Positions 45,638 through 55,660 of a DNA stretch of 64,000 bases are shown piece after piece. Every line of letters begins with the position of its first letter. Position 1 is the stretch's first letter. The position numbers and the translations under genes were made by a program. A model generated the notes under the pieces. The model did not search any database, was not told where the DNA came from, and worked only from the letters and a program-made list of their open reading frames with translations. Source of the DNA: an uncultured Phycisphaerales bacterium (GTDB taxonomy: Bacteria > Planctomycetota > Phycisphaerae > Tepidisphaerales > Tepidisphaeraceae); contig CAWJPJ010000006.1 of the NCBI GenBank assembly GCA_963844715.1, positions 192,001 to 256,000 of the forward strand, in the 5' to 3' direction.

Positions 45638-46498
45638 ATGCTCCCAAAACTAGACGACGTCACTCTCCTCTGCATCGACACCGACCATCCCGCCGCCGGC
45701 CTGCGCGCCGTTCAACTCAGCCAGGCACAATGTCAGTTCGGTCGCACCATCTTTATAACCTCGTCGGAATTTGTGTCGCAACACGCACCCCCCCATCCGC
45801 AAACAGAATTCCGGACATTACACCCGCCCGTTGAAACGTTGACTCAAGCCGAGATTATGATGAAGCGGCTTGTCGAATTCGTTTCGACCTCCCACGTCCT
45901 GATCATCCAATGGGACGGCTACGTTCTCGATGGCCGGCGTTGGAGCTCCGACTTCCTTCAATTCGACTATATCGGCGCAGTCTGGCCCACTGGCACGCCC
46001 GGCCTCCGCGTGGGCAACGGCGGCTTCTCCCTCCGCTCCCGCCGTCTTTTGGAAGTTCTCGCTCGCCCCGAGATGACTTGCTCGGACCCCGAGGACAACG
46101 CCATATGCGTTCGGCTGCGCCCGGAGCTTGAAAAGCACGGAATCAAATTCGCCGACGAGCAAACCGCTTCCCGATTTTCTTTCGAGGCCCTCGGCGCCGA
46201 CAACCCCACCTTCGGGTTCCACGGCATATTCAACTTCTGCCGGGTCGTTTCCCCAGCCGACCTTCAATTCCTCCTCGACCAGATGCCCCCTCGCGTCCTG
46301 TCCTGCACCTCCGTTCCCGATCTGATCAAAGGCTACGCCCTCAGAAACCGCTGGCGCGAGGCGGAAATGGTCTTGCGCAAACTCGAATCCCAATTCGACG
46401 AACAAAAGGTCCTCGAAATCCTGTCGGAGATCGCCGACCACAACCTGGAACACGCCAAGGCCGCCCAGGCCGTCATTCACGCCAAAGCCAAACAGTAG
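45638..46498 (+). CDS. DUF5672-family glycosyltransferase-like protein
   Basis: HVLIIQWDGYV, FDYIGAVW, VGNGGFSLRS, PEDNAIC, FSFE..TFGFHG. Confidence 0.82.
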   Translation: MLPKLDDVTLLCIDTDHPAAGLRAVQLSQAQCQFGRTIFITSSEFVSQHAPPHPQTEFRTLHPPVETLTQAEIMMKRLVEFVSTSHVLIIQWDGYVLDGRRWSSDFLQFDYIGAVWPTGTPGLRVGNGGFSLRSRRLLEVLARPEMTCSDPEDNAICVRLRPELEKHGIKFADEQTASRFSFEALGADNPTFGFHGIFNFCRVVSPADLQFLLDQMPPRVLSCTSVPDLIKGYALRNRWREAEMVLRKLESQFDEQKVLEILSEIADHNLEHAKAAQAVIHAKAKQ

Positions 46499-46870
46499 TT
46501 GCCAGTTGTTAGTTGCCAGTTGCCAGGAATTGTTCTTCGTGGCAAAGCCAAGCAGCCCCCGACCAGAGATTCAACCGCCAAGCCGCCAAGAACGCCAAGA
46601 TAAATTCCCGCCACAGATCGGGACCGATGAACGCAGCTAAAATGCCGCCGGCTCCTAATCTTTCTCCTTCTCTTAATCCTACTAATCTTCTTAATCTTAA
46701 TCGTAATCTTAATCCTAATCTCTCTCCTCCCAGCGTTTCCGCCTTGTTATGCCGCAGCGTCAAGCATGTCTTGCCGCGAGGAAATCTGTTGAATTATCCG
46801 CGTTCATCCGCGTTATCCGTGGTGAAAAAAGAATTTAACCGCGGATTTCGCGGATGGCGCGGATAATTCA
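46497..46870. repeat. Composite repeat mosaic, copy 1
   Basis: Inverted ACTGGCA element + AACCGCCAAG arm + ~80-bp ctcctaatctttctcc..cttaatc block (46652-46733) + atccgcgttcatccgcg..aaccgcggatttcgcggat palindrome (46796-46864). Confidence 0.85.
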
Positions 46871-47002
46871 AAAAAAGGCCAAAACATTGCCAAGGCCGTC
46901 GATCTGGCAAGCCAAAGACCGTGACGCACCATTAGCTTTCGTCTGTTGCCGCGAGTCCGGGCGGGGTAAACTGGATCGGCAGGCACACCCGGAGGCGTCG
47001 CG

Positions 47003-47689
47003 ATGCATCCCACGGCGATGAGAAATTGCCGGCACTTCTTTGAATGCTACGGCGGATATCTGCCGCGCCCGGGGCGCCTCGTCGAGGTGGGATCGCAGGA
47101 CGTCAATGGGAGTTTACGAGAACTTTGTCCGGCGGATATGGAATACGTAGGCGTGGACTTCGCGGCCGGAAAGGGGGTGGATCTCGTTTTGAGCGATCCT
47201 TACAAATTGCCGTTTGAAAATGAGACGGTCGATGCGGTGCTGTGCAGTTCCGTGCTGGAACATTCGCAGATGTTCTGGGTGACGTTCCTGGAGATGCTGA
47301 GAATTCTCAAGCCGAGCGGGCTGATCTACATTCTAGTGCCATCGAACGGCGACGTGCATCGATATCCAGTGGACTGCTGGCGCTTTTATCCGGATAGCGG
47401 GCAAGCGCTCGTGGCCTGGGCAAAAAGGAACGGGATGAACCCCGCGCTACTCGAGTCCTATACCAGCCTCCAGGTCGACCATCAATGGAACGATTACGTA
47501 TCGGTGTTCGTAAAGGACGAGGCGGCCGCCGGTCTCTATCCGCGGCGGATTTTGCAGACCAAAACCGATTATATGAACGGCTGGATTCGCGGCGGCCGCG
47601 GGTTCTTGAACGCCGCCGCCAAGCCGGAGGACAGGTTAAGGCTCGAAGCGATTGTGAAGGCCTACATGGGCCTGATCAAACCGTCGTGA
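47003..47689 (+). CDS. Class I SAM-dependent methyltransferase
   Basis: VEVGSQDVNGSLR, YVGVDF..GKGVD, CSSVLEH, HRYPVDCWRFYPD. Confidence 0.88.
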   Translation: MHPTAMRNCRHFFECYGGYLPRPGRLVEVGSQDVNGSLRELCPADMEYVGVDFAAGKGVDLVLSDPYKLPFENETVDAVLCSSVLEHSQMFWVTFLEMLRILKPSGLIYILVPSNGDVHRYPVDCWRFYPDSGQALVAWAKRNGMNPALLESYTSLQVDHQWNDYVSVFVKDEAAAGLYPRRILQTKTDYMNGWIRGGRGFLNAAAKPEDRLRLEAIVKAYMGLIKPS

Positions 47690-47818
47690 AGAGCAAACGT
47701 CTCCTCAGAGCTTCGCCCGCGCCAGTTCCAATCCCCACCACAGCCCAGCAAGCCCCAACCCACAGCCAAAACTCGCGTCAAAGGCGCCCCCCAGGCTCAC
47801 AGAGACAATATGCAGACC

Positions 47819-48291
47819 GCTCCTAATCTTTCTCCTTCTCTTAATCCTACTCGTCTTCTTAATCTTAATCGTAATCTTAATCCTAATCTCTCACCTCCCA
47901 GCATGTCCGTCTTCCCCTACGCCGCCACGGCATCCAACCAGCAATTGGCAACTGGCAACTAAACGTCTTCCCATCCGATTTCCATCCGTGGCAAACCTCC
48001 CCGACTTCGCGTTTAACCGGCTTTTGCTTCCCCCAAACTCCCGCGCGTCCTGCCGGAAATAAATCCGCCGAATCATCCGCGTTCATCCGCGTTCTCCGTG
48101 GTAAACAAAAAGTATTTAACCGCGGATTTCGCGGATGCGCACGGATGAAGAGAAAACCGCCTCGGACTCATTCCGTCTCCAAGTCTCGTCGTCTCTTTGT
48201 CTCCACGAGAATTGAATTCTTATCCGCGCCATCCCCGAAATCCGTGGTAAAACCTCTTTCACTGGCAACTGGCAACTAACAACTGGCAACT
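47819..48291. repeat. Composite repeat mosaic, copy 2
   Basis: Near-identical cttaatc block (47819-47902), partial and full ACTGGCA elements, atccgcgttcatccgcg..aaccgcggatttcgcggat palindrome (48075-48146). Confidence 0.85.
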
Positions 48292-48340
48292 TCCCGCGCC
48301 AAATTTGTGCATCCCCAGAAACCACGATACAAATAGCCCC

Positions 48341-48616
48341 ATGAAATACATGCTGGCGTGGAAGATTGCTCCCGGTCACATCAAGTCCGCGGCCGAGGCG
48401 TTCCTGAAAACCGGCGGGCCGCCCCCGAAGGGACTGACCATCATTGGCCGCTGGCACGCCCCCGGCTCCGCATATGGATGGGCCGTGGTCGAGGGGAAAG
48501 AAACTTCCGTCGCCCAGCATGTCGCCGAATGGGAACACCTGCTTGAGTTTCAGATTACGCCGGTTCTCGAAGACGCCGAGGCCGCCAAAGCCCTCGCCAG
48601 CGTCTACGGAAAATAG
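48341..48616 (+). CDS. DUF3303-like small protein
   Basis: MKYMLAW, FLKTG..PPKGLTIIGRWHAPG, FQITPVLED. Confidence 0.8.
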   Translation: MKYMLAWKIAPGHIKSAAEAFLKTGGPPPKGLTIIGRWHAPGSAYGWAVVEGKETSVAQHVAEWEHLLEFQITPVLEDAEAAKALASVYGK

Positions 48617-48671
48617 CTAGAGCCGGTTGATCCGCCGGAAATTGGCCGGCGGACCTTCGAAGGGAGCGCAC

Positions 48672-49007
48672 ATGCCGAGCTATCTCTTTCAAGGCTGTTA
48701 CACGTCCGAGTCGGTCGCGGCGATGGTCGTCCAACCCGAAGACCGCACCGACGTGGTCCGAAAATTGGTCGAAAGTTTCGGCGGAAAGCTCGATGGATTC
48801 TGGCTCTCCCTCGGCGAATATGACTTCGTCGGCATCGCACAACTTCCCAATCCCGAGGCCGCGTTGGCATTGGCCATGGCCGTCGCAGCCGGCGGCGGAG
48901 TCCACAACTACAGAACCGTCCCCCTCCTCTCCTGGACCGAAGGCGTCAACGCCTTCAAAAAAGCCAGCGGCGCAAAGTATCTCCCCCCGGCAAAACACGC
49001 GAATTAA
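48672..49007 (+). CDS. GYD domain protein
   Basis: YTSES, VESFGGKL, WLSLGEYDFV; RBS GGAG upstream. Confidence 0.85.
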   Translation: MPSYLFQGCYTSESVAAMVVQPEDRTDVVRKLVESFGGKLDGFWLSLGEYDFVGIAQLPNPEAALALAMAVAAGGGVHNYRTVPLLSWTEGVNAFKKASGAKYLPPAKHAN

Positions 49008-49078
49008 TCAATCTGTCCCCCACAGCGGATAGTCCCCGAGCGCACAGAAAACGTTCAGCCACAGATAAAATTCCGACC

Positions 49079-49228
49079 GCTCCTAATCTTTCTCTTAATC
49101 CTACTCTTACTCCTAATCTTTCTCCTCCCCGCATTTGCGTCTTTCCGTAACAACCACTTAATCCGCGTTCATCCGTGTCATCCGCGGTAAAAACCAATTT
49201 AACCGCGGATTTCACGGATAGCGCGGAT
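49079..49228. repeat. Composite repeat mosaic, copy 3 (shortened)
   Basis: ctcctaatctttctcttaatcctactcttactcctaatc block + atccgcgttcatccgtg..aaccgcggatttcacggatagcgcggat. Confidence 0.8.
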
Positions 49229-49315
49229 AAATCGAAAACGCCAAAGCCGTCGGCAAAGTCATCGATTCCAAAGCCGAAGCCGAGTGGGGCGGGACAAATG
49301 GGGTTGGGATTCCTC

Positions 49316-49693
49316 TCATCTGCATTCGCAATTCAATAATTCAATTGGAACCGACACAAACAAATCGCCGTTTTTTAATCCTCTCGATACACATAGCGCA
49401 GCCACGCGCACCGAAATAAAAATGCCCAGCCCCCCGATGGTGAGCAGTACGATCGAGGAGAACAAAACCACCTCCCCGCTCCCGCCCGCGCTCCCGACCG
49501 AAAGGGTCCCCACAAGCCCGGCTACGCCCAAGATAACAAAGGGGAGACTGAACAACCCGCTCACCACGCTCAAAAAAACCGCCATGAACCCGACCCTAGG
49601 CACGCGCTTCACGCGCCGCACCGGGCCGCGATATTCCAACACCTCAGGTTTAACCGGTTCGTCCACCATGCCCGTTCCAACCAAGAACATCAT
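49316..49693 (-). CDS. Hypothetical membrane protein
   Basis: 125 aa; VLEYR motif then two hydrophobic segments. Confidence 0.5.
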   Translation of the reverse strand: MMFLVGTGMVDEPVKPEVLEYRGPVRRVKRVPRVGFMAVFLSVVSGLFSLPFVILGVAGLVGTLSVGSAGGSGEVVLFSSIVLLTIGGLGIFISVRVAALCVSRGLKNGDLFVSVPIELLNCECR

Positions 49694-49963
49694 ACCCCAG
49701 CATGGAACACCCTCACCTCATCTCCCCATCCCAACCCTTCGCGCCTCCGTGCCTAATCCCCTCCGCTGTCCCCCATCTATCCCATCTCCCCCGACCCACC
49801 AATCGCTTAAAAAGTGTCAAGTTTTGTCGGCGCACGTCTCCGCGACCGAAATTTTCCGACCCCCGCGCAGCAGATTTCAAAGTAGTTTCCCCATCGCCGC
49901 AAATCCCCGCCCAAGCATCTCCCGCGCCGCCGCAATCGCGATCCATTCTCGAATTGTCAATTC

Positions 49964-49994
49964 ACTAGCAACTGGCAACTGGCAACTAGCAACT
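49964..49994 (+). repeat. ACT(G/A)GCA heptamer element
   Basis: actagca actggca actggca actagca act, just past the PEGA/TolB-like stop. Confidence 0.85.
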
Positions 49995-50001
49995 AATTTC
50001 C

Positions 50002-51973
50002 TCACTTAATCGAAATCTTCCAAATCCCCCATTGCCCGCCGCGATTGCTTCGGAAATAGATTGCGTTTCCGCTGGGATCCCACACCGGATTATCGTCGAT
50101 GCTGCCGTTGGTGGTGACCTGAATCGGCTTGTCCGGATGCGCAAGATCGATGATCCAGATATCGGGATTTCGGTTGCGATCCTCGTCCATGCCGCGGTCG
50201 GAGACGTAGGCGATTTGGCTGCCGTCCTTGGACCAGGAGGGATCGTAGCAATCGGAATCCGGGTCGTTGGTGAGATCGGTGGGGGGGCCGCCGTGGTCGG
50301 GGATTTTATAGATTTCACGGTTGCCCGTGCGCTGGTTCACGCTGGTGAAGATGATCGAATCCTGCGCGCGGGCTGATTCGCGGCTCGGAGACGGAGATCG
50401 TCGTCAGATCGAGCCGTGGGCCACCGTCCACCGGGGCGGTGTAGAGCTGCGCATCGGCGAGGCTGTCGCTCATGACCTGATAAAACAGCCGCGGATGCGG
50501 CGAGGCGTCGATGCTCGGCCAAAGGTCCTGCTCGTCGCCGTTGGTGAGCTGTTCGATTCCTTCGCCGCCGGAGAGATTTTTCTCCCAGATCGTCAGGCGT
50601 TTGCTGGCGCGATTGGAGGAGAAGACGATGGAATTTCCGTCGGGTGTGAAGGATGGGAAAACGTCCAGGGCCTTGCCGTCGGTGAACTGCTGCACGCCGC
50701 TAGCGGTATCCGTGCTGACGGCCAGAATTTGCGAGCGGAAATTATTCGGGTCGGTCCCGCTAAGCTGGCTGAAAAGAACCATGGACCCCGTCGGGGAGAC
50801 GGAAAGCGAGCCGATGGTTGTGCCCGGTGGCGCTGAATAAAGCAGCGCCGGCGGCTCCCGGCCGGGGCCTTCGCTGATGTCTTTTTGGCCAAGGGTCTGC
50901 TGGAGTTTGGGCACCACCTGCCAGGCCCCGTCGGAATCGCGGTCCAGCGAAACCGAGAGCATCGGAACCGGGCGCGTCTTCACTTCCTTGAGGGTCACGG
51001 AATAATCCGTCCGGCCGTCATCCCAGGGGATGGGGATCGTCGCGGGATACCATTCCGTCTCGGCGGTTTTTTTGGTCACGCTCGCCGTAAAGGTGGGGAG
51101 ATCGCCCTTGTCGTCGGTGGGCGTGAAATCGAGGACTTCGGTGGGCACGCCGTTATCGCCCGGCGGAAGGACTTTCCCGTCGATGGTGACAATCGCGCCC
51201 GCCGGGTCGGTCTCGACATGAACCGTCTTTTTCTTGCTGGGGACGTCGAACTGATAATCGGTCTTGCCGTCGTCCCAGGAGATGGTTTCATCCGCCTCGT
51301 CATATCCGGGCTTGGTGAGAACCAGCTTGTGCACGACATACTGATTGGCGTCGACGTCATAGGGAAAGGCGCGGCCCTTGTCCGCCAGGGGCGTCACGCC
51401 GATCGGCTGTCCGTCGAAGCTAACACTCGCGCCGGGCGGGTTGGAGGTGATGTTCAGGTCCTTCTGCATCGGCTGAAGGTCCAGGGTGTAATCGGGCGAC
51501 GCGTCGGTCCATGTCACGGTGATTTCGCAGGGCTGAAATCCCGGCCGCGAGGCGGTGACGGTGTAGCTCGTCCAGTTGTCCTTCGCGTCCTTGGTGAATT
51601 CCATCTCGCGCGAAACTTCCGTGACGGGGTCGGGGCTTACGGGAGTGCCATTGATATCGAGGAACGCCGGAACCGGGGTGATCGTGAAGCTCAAGCGGCG
51701 CGTAAGCGGCTTGAGGACCATTTGGTAATCCGTTGAGCGATCGTCCTTGGTAAGAATCAGGGTTGATTCCTTATACCCCGGCCGGCTGGCGGTGATTCGG
51801 TGCTGGTCATCGGAGCCGTGGAATTTGAATTGTTCGGTGAGCGTTCCGACGCCTCGCGGAATGCCGTCAACGCTGAGGATGGAATCGGGGGGCGTGGGGG
51901 TGATGGTTACGGTTCGGGTGGTGGTGCACGCCGAGAGAACCATCAAGCAACCGAGGGCCAGCCATCTCTTCAT
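50002..51973 (-). CDS. Lipoprotein with PEGA repeats and a TolB-like (PD40) beta-propeller; frameshift near 50365
   Basis: Lipobox LSAC; ITSNPPGASVSFDG, ETDPAGAIVTIDG; PSFTPDGNSIVFSSNR, PSWSKDGSQIAYVSDR, PVWDPSG..FRSNRGG. Confidence 0.85.
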
Positions 51974-52015
51974 GAATACGACTCCGATGCAAGGTTTAGC
52001 CGAAAACCCAATCGT

Positions 52016-54444
52016 TCACAAGAAATTGCCCACGTTCACGGCTGCAACGCCGGCGCGATCGACGGCTGCGTCGCCGCGGCCGAGGGCTCGGTGGTGACTT
52101 TGGCGCTCTTGAGCATGATCATCGCCTTCTTCAGGTTTTCCTGTGCGTTCGTGTAATTGGGATCGATACTCGAGCGCGTCCTGGAAACATTGGATCGCCA
52201 ATCGAAGCTGCGACATGTTTGTCGGCGTCGATCGGCAAATGATCCAGCCGATTTCGTTGTAAGCCGGGGCGTATCGGCCCTGGGGCGAATAGAGAGCGGC
52301 GGAAAGGAGATGGTCGTGCGCGTCCTTCAGATCGCCGAATTTCTCCAGGCACAGGCCGATGCGATATTGCGCTTCGACATTGTCCGGTTCGACGTTGAGG
52401 GAAACGTTGTAATCGACGATGGCGTCTTTGGCGAAGTCGCTGGACGCCGCTTCGTCGCCGCGCTGTTCGGCCAGACCGCCCAGGGCGAAATCGGCGTTGC
52501 CGCGCTGGAAGGCGGCCAACGCGAGCAACTGCTGGGCTTCCTCATGGGTGGTCGGATGTTTGGAGGCCGCTTTTCCGGCGTCGACCGCCTGCTGAAAATA
52601 ATCGCGCGCGGATTGGAAACGGTCGATCACGCGCTGCTCATCCGCGGTGGCGGGGCGCGTCGAGGCGGGGGATTCCGGCAGCGACTTTTGCAAGTACTCG
52701 GCATTCTTCATCTGCACCAGACCCATGTTGTAGTAAGGCAGCGGATCCGGAACCGCATCGGGAATCGCGCGCATCTGCGAGATGGCGGTGTTCAGTTCAT
52801 CCTCAGCGTGAGTCATCAGGTCCGGAACCTTCGCGTCCGGCCAGCGTGTGCGGGTGATGTCGATGCCGGCGAGTTGGCTGTGGCTCAGATAAATTGACGA
52901 CGCGGGCGAGTTGGGATTGGCAATCACGCCATCGAGCAATTTCGTCGCATCGTCGAGCTGGGCGGAAGCCAGATCGGCGGACCCCTGGGAAGCGTCGGGC
53001 TCGTTGTCGGCGGCTAGCTGCCCAGCCAGGGTGAGGTTTCGCGTGGCGTCGTTCATGTGGTCGCGCGCAGGTTATAGGCGGCCAGCCAGCTATTCGGATT
53101 CTTATCAAGCGTGTCCTGCCAGAGAAGAAGCGGATCGGAGAATACTTTCGCCCGTGCCCATGTCGTGCCACAGAGAACCAGCAGCAGGGCGGTCGCGCCA
53201 ATGCCAAGAGGTACGGCCTTCTGAGCGAAGAGCCTGGCGAGCAATGCGACGGCAATAGCGACAACGGGAATCGCCGCCAGGTATTGGAAATGATCGGCGA
53301 CGAACGAATAGCGGAAGGGATAGACGTTGAAAAAGCCCAAGGCCGGGAAGATAGCCGCGAAATAGCAGATCGCCGCGGCGAACGGCCCTCGCCCGATGGC
53401 GCGGCGGAACATCCACAGCAAGTCGATCACGATAATCGCCGCCACAAGCGGAATCCATGCGTTTGCTTCATGCGGCGATGGAATCAGGCGCGGATAATTA
53501 AAGCTCAAATCGACCGGCACAAAAAACTTGCCGAGATAGAACCAGAAATTGTGCCCCGCGATCAATAGGCGCTGCACTAATGACAGATCCCATTCTGGTC
53601 CGGTCGCCTGGATCATGCCGGTCGCGGAGACTTCGAGATGGCTGGTGATCAAACCGCCGGCCAGTCCGAGGATGAACATGGGGATCAGCCCGGCGAACGT
53701 TTTGGCGTTCAAGCGCTTCTGCCACCAGAGCACGACCAGAAGTGCGACCGGGAGCCCGCAGACGGCGGTCTTGGCGAGCAGCGCGGCCGCGAATGCGATG
53801 AGACTGACGGCGTAGGTCCCCCAGGTTTCGGGAATTTGCCAAACGGTTTGCTCGGAATCGGGATCGCGCAGCCCGGCGAAATCGAGATAGAACAAAAGCG
53901 AAGAGATCGCCAAAAGCCCGCTGAGAACGTTTTTGAGTTCGCTGACCCATGCGACGGTTTCCACTTGCATGGGATGGATGGCCCAGATGGCGGCGATCGC
54001 CCAGGCGCCGGGGAGTCGAAGTCGGCGAAGAGCGCGCCAGAGAATGATTGCCGCCGCCGCGTGGAGGAGAAGGTTCACCACGCGATATCCGAGCGCGCCA
54101 TTTTGCCAGATGTGGTGCTCGATCCACATGACGGTAAAGGTGAGCGGATAGTATTGCACCGTTCCGGGGGGAATTTCCCAGATTCGGTCCAGGCCGCCGC
54201 GGTTGAGCAGGGCGGAATTGTGCGTAACGTAGGCGTCGTCGTCCCAGATAAAACTGCCCGGGATCGAGGGCCAGAAGGAAACAAGGGTCAGAAGCGCCAT
54301 AACGCCGGCCCAAAGGCCCCAATCCCTTGCGGAAATGGGGTCGTCGGGAAAAGAGAGCACGAAAGGTTGGATTTGGGAATCCTGCCCGGCGGGGGGTTCC
54401 GATGGGGACGGGATCGCCCCCGGCGTCTGATTCGATTCGGTCAT
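52016..54444 (-). CDS. TMTC-like (DUF1736) GT-C O-mannosyltransferase-type protein with C-terminal TPRs, frameshifted
   Basis: FIWDDDAYV, YYPLT, NLLLHA, IHPMQVETVAWVSE, LLAKT, VADHFQYLA, LWQDTLDKNPNSW; TPRs in ORF 52016..53056. Confidence 0.82.
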
Positions 54445-54527
54445 GGGCTCCTCGAAAGCGCCGGAAACGGCGTGACTTTGGACGCCAAGTATGATTACAT
54501 AAACCATCTTACGGAGCAACCGGTTAT

Positions 54528-55657
54528 ATGAGCCTTCTGACCGAGCCGACCGACCTGTCCGATCCAATAAACGCCCGCATTTTATCGGTCTCGGAAGACC
54601 GGATTGCCGGTTTCACGCGCGATCCCGTAGCGGAGATCTCGCAACAAACCGGCATCGATCCGCAAACCGTGATCGGGCGAGTCCAGGCGATGATGCGCGC
54701 GGGGATTATTCGCCGTGTCCGCCAGACGCTGCTGGCGACGAATCTGGCGCGGGGGCGCTGGTGGCGTGGCTCGTTTCGCCGGAACGTTTGCAGGAAGCGT
54801 TTGACTGGATGGTGACCAATGATCCGTTCTCCGGACATGTGGTTATACGGAGCACGGATTCCCAGGTTCAAGGGAGCAAATATCGACTTTGGACGACGCT
54901 TAAGGTGCCGCAGGGTTTTTCCCTGGCACGCCACTGTGAACATCTCATCAAACAGACCGGGGCCGAGCGATTTATCGTGATGCCGGCCAAGCGATTGTTC
55001 GCGCTTGGCGTGGGGCACGTCCGGCGCAAGGGGATGGAGCCGGGAAGCAAATCGGATGAACTGGCCGAAGCGATGCAGCCCTCGGTCGTGGATTTGAGCG
55101 AATTGGAATGGCGCGTGCTGATGCCGTTGAAGCGGGAGTTTTTGCCGGAGGAGATCGGACCCGATGTCTGGTCAGGGCGCGCGGCGGAGGCGGGAGTTTC
55201 GCTGGAGGAATTTTATCGCGTGGCGGAAGGGCTGAACCGGCGCGGCGTGATTGGGCGATTCTCGACATTTCTGGAACACGTCAAACCATTGGCCGATGGG
55301 CAGCGCGTGACGCGATTCAATGCGCTCTTTCACTGGGCGGCGCCGCACGGGCGGGAGATCGAGACGGGCCGGCAAGTGGGGCGGTTTCATATACTCACGC
55401 ATGCGTATTGGCGCGAAGGCGGGCCGGATTTTAATGACGTCAACGTCATGGCCGTCGCGCACGGAACGGAAAAGGATACGGTGCTGGCGCACAAGGCGGC
55501 GATCGATAGACATCTTGGCGAAGTCGGCATTCCGATTGGCTACACCAACGTCTTCTGGGGCGGCCGGAGCGAGATCAAGCCGAGCGAGATTGCCCCGGCG
55601 GAATACCGGCAATGGTGCATTTCGCAGGGCGCCGATCCGGAATCCATGCGCGAATAA
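54528..55657 (+). CDS. Double AsnC/Lrp-like protein related to siroheme decarboxylase (AhbA/B, NirDL); frameshift near 54760
   Basis: Two wHTH + RAM-like units (GIIRRVR..ALVAW; GVIGRFS..NALFHW); degenerate His/Arg motifs GHVVIR and THAYWR. Confidence 0.62.
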
Positions 55658-55660
55658 AAG

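Noticed and set aside
48628..48652. Terminator between the DUF3303 and GYD genes
   Set aside because: A hairpin (tccgccgg..ccggcgga) is present but has no U-tract
46497..49260. CRISPR array or integron cassette array
   Set aside because: Repeats are irregularly spaced mosaics without constant-length spacers; no cas genes, no tyrosine integrase and no clear attC R-box pairs
49700..50000. oriC
   Set aside because: Skew polarity fits, but no dnaA/dnaN, no DnaA-box cluster and no AT-rich unwinding element were seen; kept only as a skew observation
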